In this document: piece after piece, positions 12,672 through 27,617 of the stretch
How positions within the stretch are numbered: position 1 is the stretch's first letter
Layout of the letters: each line of letters opens with the position of its first letter
NCBI GenBank assembly: GCA_951406725.2
Contig: OX597828.1
Location: forward strand, 34,410,001-34,474,000
Direction of reading: 5' to 3'
Origin: Octopus vulgaris
Taxonomy: Eukaryota
Length of the DNA stretch: 64,000 bases
Position numbers and translations under genes: made by a program
Notes under the pieces: generated by a model
Told to the model about the DNA's origin: nothing
The model's input: the letters and a program-made list of their open reading frames with translations, nothing else
Databases searched by the model: none

Positions 12672-13011
12672 AACGTGTCTCTAAAAGAAATGGAGAAACT
12701 TTCAAAATACAAAGACCTGGAAATAGAGGTAACTCCAATGTGGAATCTAAAAACAGAAACAATTCATATCATAGTAGGCGCATTAGGTATGATAAAAAAA
12801 TATTCAGACAAATACATAACAAAAACACAAGGACTTACAAATACATATAACATACAGAAAATTGCACTACTGGGCACTGCACACATCCTACGCAAAACAT
12901 TTTCAATACAGTAACCATAAGAGCATCACAACAAATCACAGCACATACCCAAGGCACACAGAGCTGCGCTCGGTAGTGAAGTGAAAGGACATTATAAAAA
13001 TAAAACTACTG
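12668..13011 (+). mobile_element. Dong/R4-clade LINE 3' end (RLE C-terminus) in (AAT)n
   Basis: EKLSKYKDLEIEV..MWNLKT..IIVGALG...IQKIALLGTAHILRK is the typical R4/Dong C-terminus. (AAT)n on both sides. Confidence 0.9.
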
Positions 13012-13050
13012 AATAATAGTAAAAATAAAAATAAAAATAATAATAATAAT

Positions 13051-13096
<46 letters not shown>

Positions 13097-13099
<3 letters not shown>

Positions 13100-13323
13100 G
13101 CATGATAAAAAATATTCAGACAAATACATAGTAAAAACACCAGGACTAACGAGTATATATAACATACAGAAAATAGCACTACAAGGCACCGCACACATCC
13201 TACGTAAAACACTTTCAATACAGCAATTATAAGAGTATCACAACAAACCACAGCACATACCCAAAGCACACAGAACTGTGACCGGTTGTGCAGTGAAAGC
13301 ACGTGATAAAAATAAGACTACTG
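13097..13323 (+). mobile_element. Dong/R4-clade LINE, second shorter copy
   Basis: Homologous to 12784-13011 and flanked by (AAT)n. Confidence 0.88.
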
Positions 13324-13400
13324 AATGATAATAATAATGATGATGGTGATGATTATGATGACTAATAATAATAATAATGGTGATTCATAATAATAATAAT

Positions 13401-13765
13401 GTTTTCTGCTATAAGCACAGGGCCAGGAATTTGTGGGGAGGCGGATAGTCGACTACACCTACCCCAGTACATGACTGGTACTAAATTTATGAAAGGCAAA
13501 GTCGACCTCGGCGGAATTTGAACTCAGATCGTAGTGACTAATAAACAATAATGGTGTCAAAATTTGCCACAAGGGCAGCAACTTTGGGTGAGGGGATGAG
13601 TCAGTTACATCGACCCCAGTGTTCAACTGGTATTTTTTTATCAACCCCTAAAGGATGAAAAGGAAAATTGACCTCGGCGGAATTTGAACTCACAACGTAA
13701 GGACGGACGAAATGCCGTTAAGCATTTTTCCCGGCATGCACACGATTCTGCCAGCTCACCGCCCC
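13401..13765 (-). mobile_element. SINE family A, two adjacent copies (one partial)
   Basis: ACCTCGGCGGAATTTGAACTCA occurs twice. Confidence 0.85.
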
Positions 13766-14302
13766 CAGTAATAATGAAAAGCTAAAACTTACAGAGTGTA
13801 TGACCTCTTTGAAGATATGGGCTAAAACGCGAAACATCAGCTGATCTAGGTGCAACCTACTTGCACACACGTACATATGTATATATAAATTCATGCATAT
13901 ATACATGCATGCATTCATACATGCATAAAGGCATAAATGCATACGCATGCATATCATACATATCACTTGTATGCATGCGTAAGATGAATAGAAGTCTCGT
14001 TTGTCAAATCGACGTTTCATACCTGTGCATGAAAATTTATTATTTATAATTTCTCTGATCAAGGCACAAAAATACGGCGATTTCAAAGACGTGTTTTCGC
14101 ACGCACGCACGAACATTCACCACGCCCCAGCACACGTATACACTATACACACATGCATACACGCGCATGCATATTTATAGATATGTTAGATATATATGTA
14201 GTTAGCTAGATGTACATGTAGTTAACTTGATATAGGTATGCAGATACAAATATAAATAAATGCGTAAGTTTGTTTAAATAAGTGCATATAATACATAAAT
14301 AA

Positions 14303-15415
<1,113 letters not shown>

Positions 15416-15702
15416 GTGGCTGAATGTTTGTTTGTGTGTATGTATGTATTTAAATATCTTTGTATGCACCTACGTATGCCTGTTGGCATCCATGTGTCCA
15501 TAACACATATCTACTTAAATAAATTTGGTTATTTATATAAGTAGATGTATATTTGTTTAACATGTCCATATCTGTATGCAGACGTTTATATATTCATATA
15601 CACACACACGTATATAAAACATATACATACGTACAAATACATGCACTTAATATGCACACATGTACATATAATATATGCAGACATATATATATGCAGGTAT
15701 GA

Positions 15703-15764
<62 letters not shown>

Positions 15765-15825
15765 ATATATATTCATATAGATGCAAATAATGATATATGT
15801 ATGTGTTTATTCACACTCATACATA

Positions 15826-15891
<66 letters not shown>

Positions 15892-16464
15892 TATGTCTAT
15901 ATATGAGTGTGTGTATATATATATATATAAATGCATATAAGCATATATGTCTCCATGCAAATATACATAAATATATGTATGTGTGGAAATGCATGTAATT
16001 TATTGCGTGTTATCACGTGCACAAAAGTACATAAATTCATATATTAAATATTAAAATCTTGCATTGAAAGAAAAAGAGAAAGATGAAGAACATGCTATTT
16101 TTTTTCGTAACTTTACATTTATTTTCATTTATTTTCAAAGACTTGTACTAAGCTATATTTTCATACACATCAATAGCTACCATTTTGATCTGGTTATATT
16201 TCAGAAATTTGATTGGTTGCTACGTATGACGTAATCAGAATGATTTTTTTTTATCTTTTATCATATGATTCTTTATATTATTTTCAGTTAGTATCATGGA
16301 TGTATATATGACTGTATGAAATGAAGACGTTTTAAATCGGCGGTTTTTGACGGTTCATGTGATAATTGTGTAGGTTTTGCTTCGTAGGGATTAAAATACA
16401 AGTGCTATCGATGGAAATATTTAGTTGGTGAGGACGGCGTGTCAGACGATCGTTAGATGGATAT

Positions 16465-16756
16465 GTTTGTTCCTTCTCGAACCACGCCTGGCTCATAGGG
16501 CTGGTTTCCCGGTTTCCTTGGCGTATGGGTTCCCCACCTGGGCAGGACGCCGGTCCATCGCAGGAGAGCTGCAAGATGCAGGAGGAAAGAGTGAGAGAAA
16601 GTTGTGGTGGAAGAGTCAGCAGTGGTTCGCCATTAGCTTCTGCCGGAATCGCGTGGAGCTAAGGTGTTTCGCTCATTAACACACACATCGCCCGGTCAGA
16701 GATTCGAACCCGCGATCTCTCGACCGCGAGTCCGTTGCTCTAGGCCATGTGCCTCC
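16465..16756 (-). mobile_element. tRNA(Arg)-like SINE with CORE-like and V-domain-like segments
   Basis: Minus strand GGAGGCACATGGCCTAG..GGACTCGCGGTC..GGGTTCGAATC head and CCTGCGATGGACCGGCGTCC segment. Confidence 0.75.
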
Positions 16757-16873
16757 ACTATATCGTTCGTATACTATTTCTGGGATCGTTTATTTAAACC
16801 ACTGGTTATTAAGGGAGGCGAAGAACGGTCTTGGAAATTTGTGAGGCATGAACTCAAGGAAGTCGGAAAATGT

Positions 16874-17168
16874 CAAAGCCTTCTAAGTGGATTTGGTAGA
16901 CGGAAACTGAAAGAAGCCTGGCATATATGTGTGAGTGTGTTTCTGTGTGTTTGTGTATCTGTGGTTGTCCTCCCCCACCATCGCTTGACAACCGATGCTG
17001 GTGTGTTTACATCCCCGTAACTTAGCGGTTCAGTAAAAGAGACCGATAGAAAAGTACTAGGCTTACAAAGAATAAGTCCAGGGGTCGATTTGTTCGACTA
17101 AAGGCGCTGCTCCAGCATGGCCACAGTCAAATGACTGAAACAAATGAAAGAATAAAAGAATAAAGGAA
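16874..17168 (+). mobile_element. SINE family B, 5'-truncated
   Basis: Family B body and tail. Confidence 0.85.
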
Positions 17169-17233
17169 TATATATACTCACACACACGCACGCATACACG
17201 CACGCACACACACACACACACAAATATATATTT

Positions 17234-17520
17234 ATCATTGTATCGACCAGATGCTCGGATATGGTTATACACCGCTGGTCACAGTGCGCTTCATTCTATT
17301 GTTTTCGCCCTCGACGGATGCAACCCCGCTGGTTTGGCGATCAGGCCAAGAATCTCTCTTGAACGGAACACCAGTCCGTCGCAGAGTTACCATTTTACAG
17401 CAGAGTAGGACAGGAGCACCACAAAATGATGTGCTTCGCTCAAGAATAACAACGCAACACTCGGTTCTGGGAATCGATCTGGGAATCGAACGTCCTGATC
17501 AGTAGATCACACGCCTTCAT
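17234..17520 (-). mobile_element. Old tRNA-derived SINE
   Basis: GGGAATCGA (reverse box B), GCTCAAGAA..CAAC CORE-like segment and CCAGTCCGTCGCAG V-like segment. Confidence 0.55.
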
Positions 17521-17966
17521 ACTCTCACACGCGCACAAACAAGCACGCGCGTATACACACACACGTGCGCACACACATGCGCACACACATACACGCACAC
17601 ACACACACACACATGTGCGCGCGTTCACACACGCGCGCATACACACACATATGCACACGCACGCACTCACGCACACACATACGCGCGTACACACATGCAT
17701 ACACAAATACACGCACACACACACACACGTGCGCGCGCTCACAAACACACGGATACACACACACACATGCACACGAACGCAAGCACTCACGCACACATAC
17801 GCGCGCACACACACGCACATGCGCACACATATACGCACATATGCACACACACGCACACACACACGCGCATACATACACACACACATACACACACACGCGC
17901 GCACGCACATGCACACGCACACACAAGCACACATGCACACACACACACACACGCAGACACCCACAC

Positions 17967-18282
17967 TGGCATTCCGCCGGTTACGACGAGGAGTGTTCCA
18001 GTTGATCCGGTTAACGGAACAGAAAGCACGTGAAGTTAACGTCCAAATGGCTGAGTACTCCACAGGCATGCAAAACCATAATGAAGTTCCTCAGTGAGAT
18101 TCAGTGTGACAGAGAATGTGACGAGGCTGACCCATTGAATTACAGGTACAACTTATTTTTGCCAATTGAGGTGAGTGAGCAACTTGAAATAAAGTCTCTC
18201 GTTCAAGGACATAATGCGCCGCCGGCTATTGAACTCACGACCGAAAGTCCGTGAGCCTAACCACTACGCCATGCGACTTCAC
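17967..18282 (-). mobile_element. SINE family C
   Basis: Homologous to 9251-9574. Confidence 0.85.
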
Positions 18283-18577
18283 ACGCACCCCCTTCCATAC
18301 ACAGATTCTGCTCAAAAGCCTTAAAATTCCACTGTATTTCGATTAAACGTTATGGTAAGCTTTCACAATCTGGAAGAGAAGGACGGTATGCAACCTACGG
18401 AACAGTTCGTATGGTCAGTCAGATGCTTCCCGGTGAGTTCATATCCAAACAAGTAGGAGCAGGTTTTGCGTTGCGGAAACGCAACCAGGACCATAAGGCG
18501 TAGTGGTTAAGAGCGCGGGCTACTAACCCCAAGATTCCGAGCTCGATTCCAAGAAGTGACCTGAATAATAATAATGA

Positions 18578-18792
18578 TCTTTTCTGCTATAGGCACAAGG
18601 CCTGAAATTTTTGGGTAAGGGGTAAGTCGATCGCATCGACCCTAGTACTCAACTGGTACTTAATTTATCGACCTCGAAAGGATGAAAGGCAAAGTCGACC
18701 TCGGCGGAATGTGAACTCAGAACGCAGCGGCAGACGAAACACCGCTAAGCATTTCGCCTGGCGTGCTCACGATTCTGCCAGCTCGCCACCTT
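18578..18792 (-). mobile_element. SINE family A nested in the (AAT)n linker of SINE D
   Basis: Full family A monomer on the minus strand. Confidence 0.88.
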
Positions 18793-18844
18793 GATATCGC
18801 AAAAATACCTTAGGAATGAGAACCCAGGTTCGAAATCTCCCCAA

Positions 18845-18890
18845 GACACCTGATGAAGGCTGGAGAGTATATCAGCCGAAACGTTCTGTT
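18845..18890 (+). ncRNA. Minimal type I hammerhead ribozyme motif
   Basis: GACAC-CTGATGA-A-GGCTG(GAGAGTATAT)CAGCC-GAAA-CGTT-CTGTT: intact core, 5-bp stem II, palindromic AACGTT stem III, GUU triplet, one stem I mismatch. Confidence 0.75.
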
Positions 18891-19109
18891 AACAACAAAC
18901 AAGATGAGGACAAATATCCGTCAAATTTAAATAATGTAAATAAACAGGAGTATATATGTTTATAGGTCTAACAAAAATTTACACTCACTATGAGTCAAAT
19001 AATTGTCAAAGATGCTGGATGTTCAGAGGGATGATGTGATGTTTATTTTCAGAAACAACGCACTTAAACGTAAACCAAGTACAATTCTTACATTTTCAGC
19101 CCTTCTAAA

Positions 19110-19322
19110 GAGGCGAGGTGATAGAAACGTTAGCACGCCGGATAAAATGCTTAGCAGCGTTTCGTCCGATTTTACGTCCTGAGTTCAAATTCCACCCAGG
19201 TCGACTTTGCTTTTCAGCCTTTCGGGGTCGATTAAATAAGTACCAGTTATGCACTGGGGTTGATGTAATCGACTTACCTCTTCCCCCGAAATTGCTGGCC
19301 TTGTGCCAAAATTTGAGACCAA
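19110..19322 (+). mobile_element. SINE family A
   Basis: Family A head and core. Confidence 0.85.
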
Positions 19323-19690
19323 TGAGTTGAACACCGTTTAAAAATCAGTGTTGTCATTAAAATATAAATAGGACATTCTGTTTTTCAATGAGCAGAGAAC
19401 AGAGGTCGAGTGCAACTTCATTAAATACGTCCTTCCATTTGCCATGAAAATTTAATATGAGGATCAATAATCCATGCAAATATCTAAAAACAGGGATGTC
19501 GTGGTTGGGTTGGTATAAAAAATAATATCGATCGTAACACTTCCCTGAAACATTAGCTTCTGATAAAAGGAATCTCCTGTTTCGTTTGCAAAACTATAAG
19601 GTGGGGTTGGGCATTGATAAAATATCTCCCATTAAAAGGTGTGAAGATGCTAAAATGAGCTACAAAACAGTGGGGGCCATTGTTTTAGAC

Positions 19691-20258
<568 letters not shown>

Positions 20259-20929
20259 TTTTAAACTCTTTGAATGACCAATTCTACAAAGTTGTAAATG
20301 TGTTGCGTTGGAGACGTAAGAAAGAGAAGTGCAAAGATTATATTTATTGCTTGTGGGATTAAATTATAAAAAACAAACAAACAAATCGTCCATAATTATT
20401 GCCTTACCTTTCACTGCGTAATTAAATTTCACGGTCATTCCAATAATGAAGTCAATTAACCACCTAATAATAGAATTGATTATTTTCTGCTTCTGCTATT
20501 CTCGTTCGGCATCTCCTGTCAGTGGAATTTTTCATATTGGCCACTAAAAGATATTTGATTCTTATTCTGTAAAGAGATATCTGATGTGAAAAAAAAATTA
20601 AGAACATCTGAAAAATCCTCTTTTATAAAAAGTGTTACTGGCGATGTTTACAATTCTCGCAGGATAAAGACAAGTATTTTCAATGTCGTGGGGGTGCATT
20701 AGTGCAGCAGTGCAACGAACTGTAGTTTAACAGATTAAGTAATGCAGTCGTACAATGGTATAATTAACATGATAATTACCATTTTGGCATGCATTATGGG
20801 AAAAGTACGGCCTTCAAGATTGAATGGTACGTCCATCGAAATATTACCAAGATGTTTTTAGTAGTGCAGCCCATTTCTCGAAAAAGCTTGCCCATGCCTG
20901 CTTTAAGCTGATGGTCGGGTTAATATTCT

Positions 20930-21551
20930 TTCTAATTTGAGCGCAAGGCCAGCAATTTTGAGAGAAGGCAGAAAGTGGATTACATCAACCTCAGTGTTCA
21001 ACAGCTGCTTATTTTATCGACCTCGAAAGGTAAAATTGATGTTGGTGGAACTGAACTCAGAACGAAATGAGTCGGAAGAGACACCGTTAGGCATTTTGTC
21101 CGGCGTGCTATCGAGTCTGCCAACTCGCCGCCTTTCTGATGTTTCTAATAATCCTTTCCACTGGAAGCACAAGGCATCAAATTTGGAGGAAGGGATTAAG
21201 CCGATTACATTGACTCCAGCGCGCAACTTGTACTTATTTAATTGACCTCCGAAAGGATGAAAGACAAAGTCGACCTCGGCGGAATTTGAACTCAGAACGT
21301 AACGGCAGACGAAATACCTATTTCTTTACTACCCACAAGGGGCTAAACACAGAGAGGACAAACAAGGACAGACACACGGATTAAGTCGATTATATCGATC
21401 CCAGTGCGTAACTGGTGCTTAATTTATCGACCCCGAAAGGATGGAGGGCAAAGTCGACCTCGGCGGAATTTGAACTCAGAACGTAACGGTAGACGAAATA
21501 CGGCTACGCATTTCGCCCGGCGTGCTAACGTTTCTGCCAGCTCGCCGCCTT
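20930..21551 (-). mobile_element. SINE family A cluster: old monomer plus young dimer
   Basis: Three family A cores. The dimer 21150-21551 has an internal Tx1-like tail at ~21319-21365. Confidence 0.85.
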
Positions 21552-21983
21552 TGTGCTGGTTCTAATAATACGCTACGCCAATCCCTGTTATATTACACTG
21601 TCATCATACACAACGACATCTCTCAAAGGACAATTCCTGATCCAGTGAAGCGTTAACGAAACTGGGGACCAGCAATCACAGAACCAAAAATCAAAACAAA
21701 ACAAAACAACACAAAAAAAACCCCCAAAAAAACATAGACATGATAACGTCAACACATGGCGGCAAACACCACCACCACCAACACCACCACCACCAACATT
21801 AACACCACCACCATTGCCGCCAACGCTGCCCAAACCACCACATACACCGCCGTCGCTGCACTACCGCCACCGTGTTAATTGCCACCTACACCTTGATGTA
21901 TCGGGACGACCATTAATATATCAATCATCATGACCAACGGCACCACCGCTAACACCATCATCATCATCATCATCATCATCATT

Positions 21984-22027
<44 letters not shown>

Positions 22028-22064
22028 TATTATCATCTTCATCATCATCATCATTATCATCATT

Positions 22065-22099
<35 letters not shown>

Positions 22100-22389
22100 T
22101 ATCATCATTATCATCATCATCATCATTCTCACCTTAACGACACTCATCTATCATAGTGACTGCTACCACACCACCACCACCACCACTACCACCACCACAG
22201 TTATCCCTCCCACCTCAGCCACCGTCACCATTACCGTCCTACAAACCACTACCACCCCAGTTCAGCAGCAGCAGCAGCACCACCACCAACACACCCGCCT
22301 CCAATAATTATACCATTAACACCATTACCACAAATTTCCTTTACATCAAACACCACCATTCACACGACCGTCACCATCACTTACAGCAC

Positions 22390-22420
<31 letters not shown>

Positions 22421-22940
22421 ACCACCACCACCACCACCACAACTACCACCACCACCAACACCATTATGAATAATTCTATCATGGTCACTGCCAAAATTAT
22501 TCTCCTCCTCCACCACTACCACTACCATCACCACAACCACCACCATCACCACCACCACTACAACTACGACCTCCCCCCCACCTCCACCCTGCCACCGCCG
22601 TCACTTAGAAACAAGCTGTGACTTCGAGGCATGAAACAACTAATATCAATTTGAAGTTTGAAAATTCTAGAATCAATCAGACCAACCGTGATAGCCTACA
22701 TTACATCGCACGACGAGGAAGACGACAACGACGACGACGACGACCACCACCACCACCACCACAACCACCACCACCACCACGACTGCCACTCTACAACAGA
22801 CATTTCGATTACACTCAGACACACGCAAATGCACAAACACCCATTCACGCAATTTTTTTATGTCTACCATCGTCTGACAGCGATAGGATGCAAATTTCTT
22901 TTTCTAAACAGTTAAATTGTTTAACGACGACAGTAACAAA

Positions 22941-23387
22941 TTAGTTAGTTAGTTAGTTAGTTAATTTTTTGGCTCAAAAAGCAAAAAGCAAGGCCATGTA
23001 GGGGGGACATGGAGTTATGTACAGGGTGGTGTTCATGTAAAGAGTTCAGGCCACTTGTGGTCAAGGGAGACTTTGAACCGAGTGGTCGTCGGCATCTTCA
23101 CCATCTCGTCCGGCAGCTTATTCCACGGATCCGCAACCCGGACGGAGAAAGCCCCTCTCCTTCGATTGAGATGAAATCGTCGCAGATAGAGCTTTTCGGA
23201 ATGACCCCGCAGCCGACGCTCTGGAGCAGGAGTGAAGAACCTTTCGAGAGGTTACACTTTCCGCTTATGATGTTGTGAGCAAGAATGAGATCAGCACGGC
23301 GTCGTCGCTTTTCTAGAGAATAAAGGTCGAGCGTCTTCAGCCTTTCTTCATAAGACAAATTCTTGAGACCAAGAACCATGCGGGTAG
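22941..23387 (-). mobile_element. CR1-clade LINE 3' fragment with (AACT)n tail
   Basis: GLKNLSYEERLKTLDLYSLEKRRRRADLI, near-identical to 29253-29701. Confidence 0.9.
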
Positions 23388-23899
23388 AGCAACAACAACA
23401 ACAATAGCAGATGTAGTGACAGCAACAAGAACAACGAGCAACGAGGGGGGAGACTCTCGCGTCTTAGATAGATTCTCGATGAATAGCCGAAACCGCAAGC
23501 AGAGCCGAAGTGAATGCCTCTACGTGGTCGCTGGTTCTGCTAGAAATAAAAACCAGATCTCATTTAAATCATTGTCAAGAAAACTTAAAGAAACATACAC
23601 ACAATGGATAATGTATAACATAGTTCTAAGTAACTGGAAAAAAAATTGGATTTGGCTTGTACGCCTGTCAACGGGCGTATTATCATCATCAATAATCAGT
23701 ATCATCATCATCAATAATAATGGCGACGACGTGGACAACATAAAAGAACGACAAGAGGTTTCTGCTCATGTTAAGAACCATTTACATTTTAGTCGCATCA
23801 CCAATCCCATCATCCCCACACTGAAATTTCAGCCATCAAGTAGAAAAGATTTTGGTTTTATCGTGAATTAACAGAAGCTGCCATCTTCTTCGGGTTAAA

Positions 23900-23963
23900 G
23901 CGAAAAGAAAGAAAAGAGCGAAGCTAGATACATTATTAACCGATAGCCACTAAAGCTTATTTT

Positions 23964-24003
<40 letters not shown>

Positions 24004-24150
24004 ATTTCCTCGTGTTCCTTTCTGTTGAAGAGCGTAGGCTCGAAACGTAAATGACTTTCTCACCTTCCCGAGCGTTAAACTAATAAATACACCTGCTTGT
24101 TTTTTATACACCTGTCTTCGTCTTTTCTTTTTCTGTAAATTTCAATGATA
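23900..24150 (+). mobile_element. Penelope-LTR-like repeat with a variant hammerhead motif
   Basis: CTGTTGA-A-GAGC(GTAG)GCTC-GAAA-CGTA at 24022-24049, followed by a T-rich tail ending at (TA)n. Confidence 0.5.
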
Positions 24151-24156
24151 CATATG

Positions 24157-24231
<75 letters not shown>

Positions 24232-24249
24232 ATAATATAATATAATATT

Positions 24250-24870
<621 letters not shown>

Positions 24871-24873
24871 TCG

Positions 24874-24973
<100 letters not shown>

Positions 24974-25848
24974 CAATGATAAAGGTACAAGACCAGTAAA
25001 TTTGAGGGGTTTAGTCGACTATAATCGATCCTAGTACTTGACTGTTTTTATATTTCATCGATCCTAAAGAGAAGAAAAAGCTTTCCCCAGAATACCGCAA
25101 AGCATTTTGTTCGACGCTCTAACAACACCGCCAATTTCTTGCTCTCGTGCTTGTTTTTAATTTAGAAGCGAGCAATTTGAATAAAGCGAGAAGTTTATTA
25201 GACATCAATGATCCCAGGACTTTGGCTGCTATTTCGTTTTATGGAAAGGCAAAGTTGATCTCAGCAGGGTTTGAAGCCAGAAATGCCGCAAAGCCAGTCA
25301 ACTGCCCTCATAATCCTTTTGTAGTGGAAATATAAAGTCAGTACAAGGTGTTGATGTGGTTGCTTGTATATTATTACAAGAGTTCATATAGAGATGAAGA
25401 ATCAATTCAAGAACTGTATATTTACGACATGAAAATATATTTTATTTACTGGTCGATGATGATGATACATAGAATCGAAATTGTAGAATCTAGTTGAATG
25501 AAGTAATCTATGCAAGAAAGTTCAGAGATAGGAAATATAGAAATAACAGCTAAGTGGTGGTTTTCAGTCATATAGTGTAGAGAAATAGACGGACATAGCA
25601 ATGACGTGAATGGCTCTAAGTCTAATCGACTAATAAGCAAAGAGCTGGGTTTGCAAGCTGCTTTTATTAATGGAACGCTAGACATTCTAGAAACTTCCAA
25701 GAGAAGCGCTAAGCTTCTTGAATAATTAAGAACCACGTCTCATGACACAGATGCTTCGAGAAACTTAGAAAAGGAGGTTACTCTATAATCTTTCTGTGCA
25801 AAGGAGATCATTCAATTATTTAGCTACAAAGACCACTACACTTTCTAG

Positions 25849-26172
25849 GTGAAAGCGTGTAGCTTAGGGGTTAGGGTGTTCAGCTCACGATCGTAGGTTT
25901 AGAAGTTCGATTCCTGGTGGTGTGGTATGTCCTTGAGCAAGACACTTTATTTCACATAGCTCCAGTCCACTCTGCTGGCAAAAATGAGTTGTACCTGTAT
26001 TTCAAAGGACCAGACTTGTCCCATTCTACGCCAGGCTGAACCTCTTTGAGAACTGTGTCCAGATTATATGTGTCTGTGGAGTGCTCAGCCACTTGTAGGT
26101 TAATTTCACGAGCCGACTGTACTGTTGATCGGATCAAATGGAACCCTCGTCATCTTAACCGATGGACTACCA
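25849..26172 (+). mobile_element. SINE family C
   Basis: Homologous to other family C copies. Confidence 0.85.
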
Positions 26173-26189
26173 CGTTTCTTTTCTTTTAT

Positions 26190-26845
26190 TTTAGGCACGA
26201 GGCAAGATATTTTGGTGGAGGGGGACTGATCGATTACACCGACCCAAGTGCATAACTGGTACTTATCTCATTGACTGCGAAAGGATGAAAAGCCAAGTTG
26301 ATTTCAGTGGGATTTGAACTCGAAACATAAAGGGCCGGAAAGAATGTCGCAAAGCATTTCTTCTGAAGCTCTAACGAGTCTGCCAATCAACCGCCCTAAT
26401 AATCTTTTCCACTATTAGCACAAGGCCTGAAATTTTGTCATGGGGAGGGGTACTAATCGGTTACATCGACCTCATAGCTTAACTAGTACTTATTTCGTCG
26501 ATCACTAAAGAATGAACTGCAAAGTCGACCTCAGCGGAATTTGAACACAGGACGTAAAGAGGCGGATGGAATTTCACGAAATAATTTTTCTGACCCTCAG
26601 GCGATTTCTGCCAACCAAACGCCCTAGTAATGGTTTCAAATTCTGGCACAAGGCCATAGATTGTAGCAGGAGGGCATTAGTCGATTGCATCGACTTGGTA
26701 CCAGATTGATGCCGTATCTTATCGACCCCACAAAAAGATGAAAGGCAGAGTTGATCTTCGCGAGATTTGATCATAAAGAGCTGAAAGAAATATATGTTAA
26801 GCATTTTGTTCGATGCACCAAGGATTCTGTCATCTTGTCGGCCTT
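26190..26845 (-). mobile_element. Three tandem diverged family A SINEs
   Basis: Three successive cores at ~210-bp spacing. Confidence 0.75.
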
Positions 26846-27029
26846 ATGTTCCACGCCAGTAATAAAAACACAGAGGAAAAATAAGATACCATCCGAAGGG
26901 AATTGCTGTATGTATATGATAATTTGATTTATTAGATTAATAGTTGTTAAAAGCTCGAATTTCCAACTGGTAAAACATATATGTAGAAAGCGGCTGATAA
27001 GAGCAGCGAACGAACGAAAGGATAGAAAG

Positions 27030-27175
27030 CAACCAGTTAACCAGCCAACCAGTTAACCAGCCAGCCAGCCAGCCAGTCAGCCAGCCAGCCAACCAGCCAA
27101 TCAGCCAACCAGACAACCAGCCAAGCAGCCAACCAGATAGCTGAATAACCAACCAACCAGCCAGCCAGCCAGCAG
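27030..27175. repeat. (CCAG/CCAA)n microsatellite
   Basis: Seen directly. Confidence 0.9.
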
Positions 27176-27517
27176 CTATTAAGCAACAGATATTAAAACG
27201 ATAGGTTGTATTGATATTAAACGAACAAAGATGTAAAATTAAGCACAGGGAATGGTTGTGCGGATAAGAAAACCTCGCTTGTCAAAGACCTGGTTTCATG
27301 TACAGTGCCAGAGCGCGGGGCCTCGTGCAAAGTGTGTTTTGCTATAACCCCCGTGTCAACCAAAGTAACATGAGTGGATTTGATAGCTGGAAACTATGTG
27401 GAATTCCATCGTGTATGTTTGTGAGTAAGCGCATAAATGTAAACCAAGGTGGAAATAGTACTCGAATACCGGAGGTAGAGTAATATGCATTATCAATGAA
27501 GCTGCAAAAACATCACA

Positions 27518-27565
27518 AAAACTGTTGTTACTCAGAGTTTCACGTTTCCGTTCGTCAGACAGTTT
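27518..27565 (-). ncRNA. Type I hammerhead ribozyme motif, intact core
   Basis: Minus strand AAACTGT-CTGACGA-ACG(GAAA)CGT-GAAA-CTC(T)GAG-TA-ACAACAGTTT. GUA triplet; 3-nt insertion in stem I. Confidence 0.85.
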
Positions 27566-27573
27566 TGGTTGCG

Positions 27574-27617
27574 AAACTGTCCGACGAACAGGAACGTGAA
27601 ACTCCGAGTAACAGTTT
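27574..27617 (+). ncRNA. Type I hammerhead ribozyme motif, U4C variant
   Basis: AAACTGT-CCGACGA-ACAGGAACGT-GAAA-CTC(C)GAG-TA-ACAGTTT, with a perfect 7-bp stem I. Confidence 0.75.

Larger units (their letters stand above)
18492..18942 (+). mobile_element. SINE family D (tRNA head, (AAT)n linker, hammerhead-containing body), interrupted by a family A SINE
   Basis: Box A GGCGTAGTGG and box B GAGCTCGATTCC. The body resumes at ~18793 after the insertion. Homologues at 19826, 31125, 41214 and 47827. Confidence 0.85.

Noticed and set aside
18492-18562. Functional tRNA gene
   Set aside because: Boxes A and B are present, but the acceptor stem does not pair and it is fused to a repeat body; it is a SINE head. 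The same applies to the other tRNA-like heads.
22941-22963. (TTAG)n as telomeric repeat
   Set aside because: It is a tetramer, not TTAGG or TTAGGG, and it forms the 3' tail of both CR1 copies.
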